Below, one piece after another: positions 1 to 8,721 of a DNA stretch of 53,584 bases (its first letter is position 1; each line of letters starts with the position of its first letter). The notes beneath the pieces were generated by a model that saw only the letters and a list, made by a program, of their open reading frames with translations, had not been told where the DNA came from and ran no database searches. The stretch covers positions 1-53,584 of the forward strand of contig JBDRKX010000130.1 in the NCBI GenBank assembly GCA_043813605.1, in the 5' to 3' direction. The translations under genes and the position numbers were made by a program. This stretch comes from Elusimicrobiota bacterium (GTDB taxonomy: Bacteria; CG03; SLGR01; JBDRKX01).

Positions 1-246
1 AAAAGTTTTGTCGGGACATCCAAAAACGCGCTGCTGTCCCAATTATGGATTGCCTTAATAGCATACTTGCTATTGAGTTATTTGAAGTTCAAATCAAAAT
101 TCGGTTGGTCTATATATACTCTTTGTTCTATATTGCCGACCAACTTATTTACAAGAAGAAATCTTTGGGATTGGCTGAATGCTCCATTCCATGAAAAGAG
201 CAATTCTCCAATGGATTTATTGCAACAGAGTTTTAGCTTTGGCTAA
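1..246 (+). mobile_element. IS4-family transposase, C-terminal fragment (gene begins upstream of window)
   Basis: Frame 1 reads KSFVGTSKNALLSQLWIALIAYLLLSYLKF...FG* with the stop at 244-246. This matches the IS4-family C-terminal pattern IKxFxGTSxNAxxxQIWIALIxYLL. Not in the ORF track because it has no start in the window. Confidence 0.8.
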
Positions 247-247
247 T

Positions 248-260
248 TTGGACAGTAATA
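248..260 (+). repeat. Probable right terminal inverted repeat of the IS4 element
   Basis: TTGGACAGTAATA lies immediately after the transposase stop and resembles GGACAGnnnTG-type IS4 ends. The left end is not in the window. Confidence 0.5.
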
Positions 261-337
261 TGTTTTACATGTGTAATTAAGTTTCTCAGCGGATAAAAGT
301 CAAATATGTTCATATTTAGAGCGGAAGCTGGTGGAAT

Positions 338-366
338 TTGATTAGCTTGCAATAAAGAGGTATAAT
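338..366 (+). promoter_or_regulatory. Sigma70-type promoter for the radical SAM gene
   Basis: TTGATT (338-343), 17 bp spacer, TATAAT (361-366). Confidence 0.55.
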
Positions 367-459
367 AATTTTTAAAACAGGTGCTGTTAACGCGGTGATA
401 TTTGTGTTAGAGAACAGCTTTTACCGACGGCGGTATTAAAATAAGATTAAGCGGTAAAT

Positions 460-1293
460 ATGTCAAGAGAAAAAGTGAATTTCGTATGGGATGTACATTA
501 CATATGTAATTTCAGGTGTCCGTTTTGCTGGCATGACGGGAAATGGGAAGAACTGGATGGGCAGAACAAATATGTTCCGCTGGACAAGATGGTGGCTGTG
601 TGGAAAGGTATATATGAAAAATACGGGGAATGCCACATTATGGTAACCGGCGGCGAGCCGGGATTATACCCTAATCTGGTAGAACTTCTGCAGCAACTCT
701 CTGAAATACATACGATAAAAGTGACAAGCCAGCTTTCATGTGACATGTACACATTTGCCAGAAAACTGAATCCAGAAAGAGTTGTTCTGGATATGAATTT
801 TCACCCGCTAGAATCAAGACTGGAGCCGTTTTTGAAGAAAGTCCTGTATTTAAAGAACAGGGGTTTTTCCGGAGGAGTCTGCTACCTGGCCTACCCGCCG
901 CAGATGGATAAGATAGATTATTACAAGGAGAAATTCGAAAGTAAAGGAATAAATTTCGCATTGGCTGCTTTTTGGGGAACATGGAACGGGAAACAGTATC
1001 CGGAGTCCTATTCTGAAGAAGAGAGAAAGATGATGGCGCCGTTTCTCGGTGATATTGCCCGTATAAAATATCACCTTGAGGGACAGAAGACCAAGGGGAA
1101 ACTGTGCCGCGCAGGGTACTGCTATGCGTCAATAAAAGCCGATGGAAACGTAACCCGGTGCGGCCCTTTGAGTCATCAGCCGGTCGGGAATATATTTGAC
1201 GCAGATTTTAAACTGTTTGATGAGCCGATGCCGTGTGAGGCCGAAGTGTGTCCTTGCGATGAATATATCTGGCTGGTTGAAGAAGAAAAATAA
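460..1293 (+). CDS. Radical SAM protein with C-terminal SPASM/twitch-like domain
   Basis: CxxxCxxC (CNFRCPFC), TGGEP motif, C-terminal CRAG...DGNVTRC...VGNI...CEAEVCPC. Confidence 0.85.
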   Translation: MSREKVNFVWDVHYICNFRCPFCWHDGKWEELDGQNKYVPLDKMVAVWKGIYEKYGECHIMVTGGEPGLYPNLVELLQQLSEIHTIKVTSQLSCDMYTFARKLNPERVVLDMNFHPLESRLEPFLKKVLYLKNRGFSGGVCYLAYPPQMDKIDYYKEKFESKGINFALAAFWGTWNGKQYPESYSEEERKMMAPFLGDIARIKYHLEGQKTKGKLCRAGYCYASIKADGNVTRCGPLSHQPVGNIFDADFKLFDEPMPCEAEVCPCDEYIWLVEEEK

Positions 1294-1348
1294 TTTCAAG
1301 AGAAAATTTTAAGAGAAAAGCAGGCAAAAACTTTAAAGGACAGCTGTG

Positions 1349-1507
1349 CCATCTGCTGATCCATTTGCGGACAGTGTTCCTGCTGGCTTTAAAATGCCGC
1401 ATAGCGGGCTTTATGCCGTGCTTCTCGGCATATGTTACCATCTGATACCTCAAAGTCCTATTGTCTTTACTTTTTCTCATAATATCGTAATAATTGTAGT
1501 GGCACAT
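1349..1507 (-). pseudogene. Truncated transposase N-terminus (HTH, IS481-like)
   Basis: LRYQMVTYAEKHGIKPAMRHFKASRNTVRKWISRW is a transposase-type HTH with a strong RBS (AAGGAGGT) upstream. There is no DDE/integrase core, and the resemblance ends near 1349. Confidence 0.65.
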
Positions 1508-1907
1508 AATTGAATACCTCCTTAGACAGAGAGTATTTTAACTTATGTGCCATTTTTTAAAATTCCCCTTTAAGTATCTTTATCAATTTCATCTGTTGTT
1601 CTATCGACAGTTCTCCCCATATTTGATCTTCGCTGCAGTTCCTGGTTTTTATGGATGCAAACTTCCCGAGATACCAGTTTGACATGATTACATGTAAAGA
1701 TTCGTCAGAATAATCATATCCGCAAAATGATGGGGCTGGTTCCTTTTGCGTTTTAGCAGGTCTTTTTCGGTAAATTCTTTTGCATCTATTTAACTGCCTT
1801 TCCAGTTCTTCCCGATTCTTTCTGCCGATACATAACAGCTTTGTTAATCTATACTTCTTTTCAAGGGGGGTACGATGTCTCTTCCTATTCCCAGATTACC
1901 CCTGACA
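1349..1907 (-). mobile_element. Left part of an IS481-like element remnant
   Basis: The minus strand begins TGTCAGGGGTAATCTGGG at 1907 (IS481 ends start with TGT), upstream of the HTH fragment. No partner end was found. Confidence 0.4.
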
Positions 1908-1913
1908 TTATAT

Positions 1914-1942
1914 TTGACACTTCATATTAAAAAGCATAAAAT
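1914..1942 (+). promoter_or_regulatory. Sigma70-type promoter of hisS-aspS
   Basis: TTGACA (1914-1919), 17 bp spacer, TAAAAT (1937-1942). Confidence 0.7.
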
Positions 1943-1980
1943 CTATTGAAATCAAAGAATATTATGCATTAACTCAAACG

Positions 1981-3399
1981 ATGAAAAAATTCAAAACAAT
2001 AAAGGGAATAAATGACATAGTATATCCGGAATCCGCCGCCTGGGATAAGATGATAACTATGGCCGAAGGGATATATAAATCCTATGGCTATAGGAAACTG
2101 TTTCTTCCTGTACTTGAATATACGGAACTTTTTTCCCGCGGCATAGGGACAGATACAGATATAGTGTCAAAAGAGATGTACACTTTTCTTTATGATGACA
2201 TGGACACTGCTCACTTAGATAATCCTTATAATGTCATAGACACATCTACCTCGGCTTATCCCTTTAATGACAGGAAAGGCAGAAGTTTGTCGTTGAGGCC
2301 TGAGGGCACAGCGGGGACGGTCCGGGCTATGATAGAAAATAACCTGCTCCAGACGAGCGGTCGCGAAAAGATCTTTTATTTCGGCCCGATGTTCAGGTAC
2401 GAGCGGCCGCAGAAAGGCAGGTACCGCCAGTTTTATCAATCGGGCTGTGAATTTTACGGGTCAAAAGATATATCCGCCGATGTGGAAGTGGCGGAAATCG
2501 CGGTCAAGGTTTTTCAGGAATGCTATAGGGGAGAAGAAGATCTTTTGCTGGAAATAAATACTGTGGGCTGCGAAGATTGCCGCAGGGAATACCGGGAAAA
2601 AATAAGGGAATTCCTGAAAGGCAAGGAAAAGGATCTCTGTGAAGACTGCCGCCGCCGGCTCGATACAAACACGCTAAGAATACTGGACTGTAAGAATGTG
2701 AAGTGCCGGCAGCTGATAGGGCTTGATAACGGGATAGAAACGGGTTTTGAAACCGGCGAATTCATATTGCACAGGAATAATCTATGTAAGAACTGTGAGG
2801 ATTCGTTCAATGAATATAAGGAATTACTTGAAAAAAACTTCGAGGGAACAGGTGTAAGAGTAGAGCCCAGCAGATGGATCGTGAGGGGGCTGGATTATTA
2901 TACGGGTCCGGTCTTTGAGCTTCGTCTGGAAAACAGTCTGACTGTAATTGCAGGGGGCAGGTACGACAACCTGGTAAAAGAACTCGGCGGCCCGGATACG
3001 CCGGCTTGCGGGTGGGCGCTTGGTATGGAAAGACTGTATATGCTCTCCAAATGGAGCTGGAATAACAGTGTTACACAGAGCGGTATTAATATTCCTAGAG
3101 TATATATGGCATTTATTGAAGGCGGTCAGCGGAAAGAATTTCGTGAGATCGCGTCAGAGCTGAGAAAAAAGGGCTATTCAATCGAAGAAGATCTTGAGAA
3201 AAGGGATCTTGGGAAAAAATTAAAGATGGCGGATAAAAGAGGCGCCCGGTGGGTAGTATTTATGGGTGAAGAAGAAACAAAAAAAAACAGCGTCACGTTA
3301 AAAGATCTAAAAAAAGGAAATCAGGAAGAAGTGGATATAAACAATGCTGCAAAAACTATTGATGACAGGATAAAAAATGAAGATAAAGCCAACGAATAA
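1981..3399 (+). CDS. hisS: Histidine--tRNA ligase
   Basis: KEMYTF, LRPEGTA, FRYERPQKGRYRQF, VRGLDYY, GGRYD and GMERL motifs. Confidence 0.97.
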   Translation: MKKFKTIKGINDIVYPESAAWDKMITMAEGIYKSYGYRKLFLPVLEYTELFSRGIGTDTDIVSKEMYTFLYDDMDTAHLDNPYNVIDTSTSAYPFNDRKGRSLSLRPEGTAGTVRAMIENNLLQTSGREKIFYFGPMFRYERPQKGRYRQFYQSGCEFYGSKDISADVEVAEIAVKVFQECYRGEEDLLLEINTVGCEDCRREYREKIREFLKGKEKDLCEDCRRRLDTNTLRILDCKNVKCRQLIGLDNGIETGFETGEFILHRNNLCKNCEDSFNEYKELLEKNFEGTGVRVEPSRWIVRGLDYYTGPVFELRLENSLTVIAGGRYDNLVKELGGPDTPACGWALGMERLYMLSKWSWNNSVTQSGINIPRVYMAFIEGGQRKEFREIASELRKKGYSIEEDLEKRDLGKKLKMADKRGARWVVFMGEEETKKNSVTLKDLKKGNQEEVDINNAAKTIDDRIKNEDKANE

Positions 3400-5156
3400 T
3401 TGCAATGAACTAAGAAAAGAAGCTGTCGGCAGAGAAGTGTCGCTGGCAGGCTGGGTTGCCAGCTGGCGGGACCACGGGGGTGTTATATTTATAGATCTCA
3501 GGGATATTTATGGGAAAACGCAGATCGTCTTCGGCAGGGAAAAGAGCGGTCTTTCAGAAGAGAAAGAACTTATTGAGCGGGCAGGGAAGATCAGGAATGA
3601 GTATGTGATCGCGGTAAAAGGTGTAGTATCCGCCAGGCCCGAAGGGTCTGAAAATGACAAGATAGAGACAGGGGGGATAGAAGTGGTAGTACAGGAACTG
3701 GAGATACTCAATGTTTGTGCTGAACTCCCGTTCGATTTTAAGAAGATGGGAGAAGTGGGAGAAGAAACCAGGCTGAAATACAGGTACCTTGAGATGCGCG
3801 GCGGCAGGCTCAAGGACAATCTTATAGCGAAACACAGGTTTTTCCAGGCAACAAGGAAATTTTTTTCAGATAAAGGATTTTACGAAATAGAGACCCCTTT
3901 TCTTACCCGCTCAACGCCGGAAGGCGCCAGGGATTATATTGTGCCGTCAAGAGTGAACCCGGGTAAGTTCTATGCTCTTCCCCCAGTCTCCGCAACTGTT
4001 TAAACAGATGCTCATGGTCGGCGGGTTTATGAGGTATTTCCAGATAGTAAAATGTTTCAGGGACGAAGATCTCAGGCAGGACAGGCAGCCGGAATTCACA
4101 CAGCTTGACCTGGAAATGTCATTTATAGATGAAAACGACATCAAGGATATACTCGAACAGTATATATTCAATTTATTTAAAGAACTGAAAGGGATAGAGG
4201 TAGACATGCCTTTTAAGAGACTGAGTTATCATGATGCTATGATGAAATACGGTACGGATAAGCCGGATCTCAGGATACCGACAGAGATCGTTGATATAAC
4301 AGATATTGCAAAAGGCTGCGGTTTCAAGGTCTTCAGCAGCGCACCTGTGGTAAGGGGCGTAAAAATATCGGCGGCCAAAGATGTCTCATTGACAGTTATA
4401 GAGAAGGTTACAAAAGAGGTCGGGTCTTTCGGCGCAAGGGGGCTGGCATGGATGCGTCATAAATCCGGTGGATTGCAGTCGCAGATCACAAAATTCTTCA
4501 GTGAAGAGGAACTTGCCGCGATCAGCAGCAGGTTCTCTACTGTCGAAGAAGATGTGCTGTTTTTTATTGCTGACAGAAAGAATGTTGTAGAAGCCAGCCT
4601 GGGCTATCTGAGGACCAGGTTTACAGAACCGCCGGAAGACGAGTATAAACTGCTGTGGATAGAAGACTATCCTCTTTTCGAAGAGGATCCGGAAACCGGG
4701 AAGCTGTCGTCTATGCATCATCCTTTTACTACCCCGTATAGTGAAGATATATCTCTGCTTGAGGGGAGCATTGAGGATATGAAAAAAGTCAGGAGCCAGG
4801 CGTATGATATGGTGCTGAACGGTTCGGAGATCGGCGGGGGGAGTATACGTATACATTCCATAGAAACTCAGAAAAAAGTTTTCAAAGCCCTTGAAATAGA
4901 CGAGCATGAAGCTGAAGAGAAATTCGGATTTCTGCTCAAGGCTCTTTCATACGGTGCGCCGCCGCATGGCGGTTTCGCGTTCGGTGTTGACAGGCTGATG
5001 ACCTCAATACTCAATTTGAATTCAATAAGAGATGTAATACCTTTTCCCAAGACACAAAAAGCATATTCCCCTCTCACTGAAGCCCCGTCATATGTGGATA
5101 AAAAACAACTGGATGAACTCTTTATCAAGGTTGACATGCCGGCGGATAAAGAGTAG
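3377..5156 (+). CDS. aspS: Aspartate--tRNA ligase, split by a one-base frameshift at 3980-3984 (ORFs 3377-4003 and 3972-5156)
   Basis: RDHGG.IFIDLRD, TPEGARDY, FYALP|QSPQLFKQ, FRDEDLR.DRQPEF, GGGSIRIH, GAPPHGG, FPKT. A C5 run sits where C4 restores the frame. Confidence 0.93.
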
Positions 5157-5176
5157 ATTTAAATGAGGAGTATATT

Positions 5177-5869
5177 ATGCGATATGTAAAATTAGTGATA
5201 GTATTGAGCATAACGGGACTTATGCTTATTACCGGATGTGCCAAGAGGACAAAAATACCGGATATCGATGTTTCGCGACTTGACGCGGAACAGTCGCTGA
5301 TGAGGGCTCAGGCTGAGATAGACGATGCCCGGAAAGCCGGCGCAGACGTATCCGAACCGGTTGAGATGCTCGATTCGGCAAAAGGCTATATGATAAACAA
5401 GAAGTTCAGCAAAGCTAAGAGCGAAGCGGATAATGCAACGCGCCTGGCCAGGCGGCTCAAAGAAGAAGCTCTTGCCGGTACAAGGACCAGGGAGGACGCT
5501 GAGGCGGCAATCCGACGCGCTTCCGAAAAGATCGAAACCGCCCGTGTTCTTGGCGGAGATGTGACAGAGCCTGAAAGTATCCTTGCGGCATCGAACACAA
5601 AATTTGATGAAGAGGATTACAGCACTTCTATAGAACTTGCCGATAAGGCATATGATATGGCAGTGAAGATAATCGATTATCTGAAAATGGATAAATATAT
5701 TGTCGGTAATTGGAGTATAGACCGGGATTGCCTTTGGAATATTGCCGGGAAGAAGGCGATATACAATGATTCGTGGAAATGGAAGAGAATATATCTGGCT
5801 AACAGAGAAAAGATAAGGAATCCGGACCTGATATATCCCAAACAGGTATTGAAGATACCAAGGAATTGA
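5177..5869 (+). CDS. Lipoprotein with helical repeats and C-terminal LysM domain
   Basis: Lipobox LITG-C, two Ala-rich helical repeats (GADVSEP / GGDVTEP), LysM DCLWNIA...IRNPDLIYPKQVLKIP. Confidence 0.8.
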   Translation: MRYVKLVIVLSITGLMLITGCAKRTKIPDIDVSRLDAEQSLMRAQAEIDDARKAGADVSEPVEMLDSAKGYMINKKFSKAKSEADNATRLARRLKEEALAGTRTREDAEAAIRRASEKIETARVLGGDVTEPESILAASNTKFDEEDYSTSIELADKAYDMAVKIIDYLKMDKYIVGNWSIDRDCLWNIAGKKAIYNDSWKWKRIYLANREKIRNPDLIYPKQVLKIPRN

Positions 5870-5900
5870 GAGGGAAACCTTCCTTAGCCGGTAAACCGGC

Positions 5901-5929
5901 TTGAAAGACCATGCAAATTGTGTTATATT
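5901..5929 (+). promoter_or_regulatory. Sigma70-type promoter of the phoH operon
   Basis: TTGAAA, 17 bp spacer, TATATT with extended TG. Preceded by the hairpin AGCCGG-TAAA-CCGGCT (5886-5901). Confidence 0.5.
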
Positions 5930-5989
5930 GATTTTGTGATAAAATACAATGATCCAATATCTTTTTATCAGGGATAGCGTAAACCATAC

Positions 5990-6904
5990 GTGAACGAAAA
6001 TAACCAATCATACAAACAGAAAATAGATTTTCAAAATCAGGAAGAAGCCCTGGCGGCTTTCGGCGAGTATGATGAAAACCTGAAAGAACTCGAAAAAAAG
6101 AATAATGTAGTTATTCATGCCCGCGGCCAGTCCGCAACGGTTTTTGGCAGAAAAGAAGAAGTAGAGGATGCAATAAGGGAACTGAGCAGGCTGAAAAAAA
6201 GACAGGGAACAAGAAACACCCGGCCAACAGCTAAGGCGTTGTTGAGTACTCCGACAGGAAAATCTATCACCCCCCAGGGCGCGAACCAAAAAGCATATCT
6301 GAAAGCAATGCGCACAAAAGACCTTGTAGTGTCTATCGGGCCTGCCGGAACAGGCAAGACGTTTCTTGCGTGCGCAGAGGCGGTCAACTGCCTGGAAAGG
6401 GGAGAAGTGGAAAGAGTTGTCCTGACAAGGCCCGTTGTAGAAGCCGGCGAAAAACTGGGATTTCTTCCGGGGGATCTTTATGAAAAGATAAACCCGTACC
6501 TGAAGCCTCTTTACGATGCTTTTTATGCGCTCATAGGACCCGTTAAATTTCAGAAATACCGCAAAGACGAAGTGATAGAGATAGTCCCTCTGGCATATAT
6601 GCGCGGCAGGACGCTGGATGATGCCCTTGTAATACTTGATGAGGCTCAAAATACGTCTACCGGACAGATGCAGATGTTTCTGACAAGACTCGGCTTTAAT
6701 TCCAAGGCGATCATAACCGGCGATATAACACAGGTTGACCTGGAAAAAGGTCAAACAAGCGGTCTAATAGAGATCCAGGAAGTCCTTAAGGAGATAGAAG
6801 AAGTAGAGTTTATTTATTTTACAAAAGCCGATGTCTTACGGCATAAACTGGTTAAAAGGATAATAGATGCCTATTACAAGTTCAAAAGAGATAAAAGAAA
6901 ATAA
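5990..6904 (+). CDS. phoH: PhoH-family ATPase (YbeZ)
   Basis: GPAGTGKT, RPVVEAGEKLGFLPG, PLAYMRGRT, DEAQN, GDITQVD. Confidence 0.95.
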   Translation: MNENNQSYKQKIDFQNQEEALAAFGEYDENLKELEKKNNVVIHARGQSATVFGRKEEVEDAIRELSRLKKRQGTRNTRPTAKALLSTPTGKSITPQGANQKAYLKAMRTKDLVVSIGPAGTGKTFLACAEAVNCLERGEVERVVLTRPVVEAGEKLGFLPGDLYEKINPYLKPLYDAFYALIGPVKFQKYRKDEVIEIVPLAYMRGRTLDDALVILDEAQNTSTGQMQMFLTRLGFNSKAIITGDITQVDLEKGQTSGLIEIQEVLKEIEEVEFIYFTKADVLRHKLVKRIIDAYYKFKRDKRK

Positions 6905-8276
6905 GAAAAACCGTTTTTTAAACCTTGTAAACGTATTGCTTATTGTTCTAATACTCGGTGCAGTAATAACATATTCAGGAGCAAATATAGGGACTCTTGT
7001 CGGGTTTATGCTGATTATTGCAGGGATGTTCTTTATGGAATTTATGTTTTTTATAAAATACCATCCCCACACTTTTGATGATCCCTCCAAGGTAATACTG
7101 ATAAAGATAGTGATCATTATTATGCTTCTAATGGTATTTCTGATAAAGGCGTCTGACGGGCTATCCGGATATCTTTTCCCTATCGGAGCGGCCGCGATAC
7201 TGCTTACAATATTGACTTCATCCTTTAGCGCGGCGATAAATGTGTTTGTTATAGCAGTTATAGCCGGTATGATGGAGGGGTTTTCGATGGGGCATTTTCT
7301 TGTAGCTGTTTTCGGGGGCATGGCAGGAGTGTATTCTGCTCAGGAAATACGAAATCGAAAGGACCTGAATAAGTGCGGACTGGTGATCCTGGCGGCCAAT
7401 ATTCTTACAATTGTAGCCGTGGGGCTTGTTGAAAAAAACGGTATCCTGCAGATGGGAGTAAACATTGTGGCCGGCGCGGGCAACGCTCTTATATCTGTGA
7501 TAATAGCAAGTGGAATGCTGCCTATATTCGAAGGGATGTTCGGCATTACTACTAATATAAGGCTGCTGGAAATAGGGGACTTTAATAATCCTCTGCTGAA
7601 AAGGCTCATGCTCGAGGCGCCCGGTACATACCATCATTCTCTTATGGTCGGTAATCTGGCGGAAAATGCCTGCGAACGCATCGGAGCTAATTCACTGCTG
7701 GCAAGGATAGGGGCTTATTATCATGATGCAGGTAAACTCAAGAATCCCCATTACTTCATTGAAAATCAGATGCATGCCGGCGATAAACATAAGAACCTGA
7801 AACCGAATATAAGTACTCTGATACTTAAAAGACATATTAAAGACGGATTGGCCCTTGCGGAAGAATATAAGCTTGATAAAGTGCTTAAGGATATAATAGA
7901 ACAGCATCACGGGAATACTCTAATAGAATATTTTTATAAAAAGGTACTTGAAGAAAATAAGGAAAATAATGATGTCGATGAAAAAGAGTTCAGGTATCCC
8001 GGGCCCAGGCCGGAAACCAAGGAGACCGGCGTGCTTATGCTCGCAGACTCTGTCGAGGCGGCATGCAGGACGCTTGCGGAACCTACTTTTTCAAGAATAT
8101 CCAACCTGGTCAGGAAGATCATCACAAACAAATTCATTGATCTGCAGTTGAATAATTGCGATTTAACATTGGCAAACCTCGAAGAGATACAGAAAAGTTT
8201 TACCAACACGCTCGCCAGTATCTACCATTCAAGGATAGAATATCCAGAAGACACAGAAGAAAACTCAATTGAGTAG
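6867..8276 (+). CDS. 7TM-HD (HDIG) phosphohydrolase, PgpH-like
   Basis: Multiple TM helices followed by APGTYHHS...YYHDAGK...YFIENQ...QHHG...YPGPRP...MLADSVEAA. Canonical position between phoH and ybeY. Confidence 0.88.
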   Translation: MPITSSKEIKENKKNRFLNLVNVLLIVLILGAVITYSGANIGTLVGFMLIIAGMFFMEFMFFIKYHPHTFDDPSKVILIKIVIIIMLLMVFLIKASDGLSGYLFPIGAAAILLTILTSSFSAAINVFVIAVIAGMMEGFSMGHFLVAVFGGMAGVYSAQEIRNRKDLNKCGLVILAANILTIVAVGLVEKNGILQMGVNIVAGAGNALISVIIASGMLPIFEGMFGITTNIRLLEIGDFNNPLLKRLMLEAPGTYHHSLMVGNLAENACERIGANSLLARIGAYYHDAGKLKNPHYFIENQMHAGDKHKNLKPNISTLILKRHIKDGLALAEEYKLDKVLKDIIEQHHGNTLIEYFYKKVLEENKENNDVDEKEFRYPGPRPETKETGVLMLADSVEAACRTLAEPTFSRISNLVRKIITNKFIDLQLNNCDLTLANLEEIQKSFTNTLASIYHSRIEYPEDTEENSIE

Positions 8277-8721
8277 AAGGTCAGAAATAAATTATATAGA
8301 TAACAGCGAGTACCTGGATCCGGGGAAAGTCAGTAAGATATCACATGAAGTCATATGTTCTCACTGGAAGTTCCCGGGAAAAGCGCCTGCTGAGTTTAAA
8401 CTTGATATAAATGTCGTTTCCGCTGAAGAGATAACCGTTATTAACAGGGAATACCTCGGCCGCGATAAGCCTACGGATGTGATCGTGTTTTCTTTTATGG
8501 AGGGAGAAAAAACGCCCATAGAGAAAATCCCTCTTATTGGTCAGATCATAATATCCCGCGATGCAGTCCGCAGTCAGGCTGTTGAATACGGAAACTCTGA
8601 GTCCGATGAGATGCTGCTTTTGCTTATTCACGGTCTTCTGCATGTTGCAGGATGGCCGGAGGGAGAAGAAATAAAGGAATGCCAGGAGAAGATAAAAAAC
8701 CGGGTTCAAGCTCACATATAG
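8269..8721 (+). CDS. ybeY: rRNA maturation factor YbeY (variant metal motif)
   Basis: INREYLGRDKPTDVIVF, GQIIIS, IHGLLH, plus operon context. Confidence 0.88.
   Translation: MSRRSEINYIDNSEYLDPGKVSKISHEVICSHWKFPGKAPAEFKLDINVVSAEEITVINREYLGRDKPTDVIVFSFMEGEKTPIEKIPLIGQIIISRDAVRSQAVEYGNSESDEMLLLLIHGLLHVAGWPEGEEIKECQEKIKNRVQAHI

Noticed and set aside
1208-1348. C-terminal part of the 99-aa minus-strand ORF 1208-1507
   Set aside because: Read-through past the truncation point into the antisense of the radical SAM gene. It is not transposase-like.
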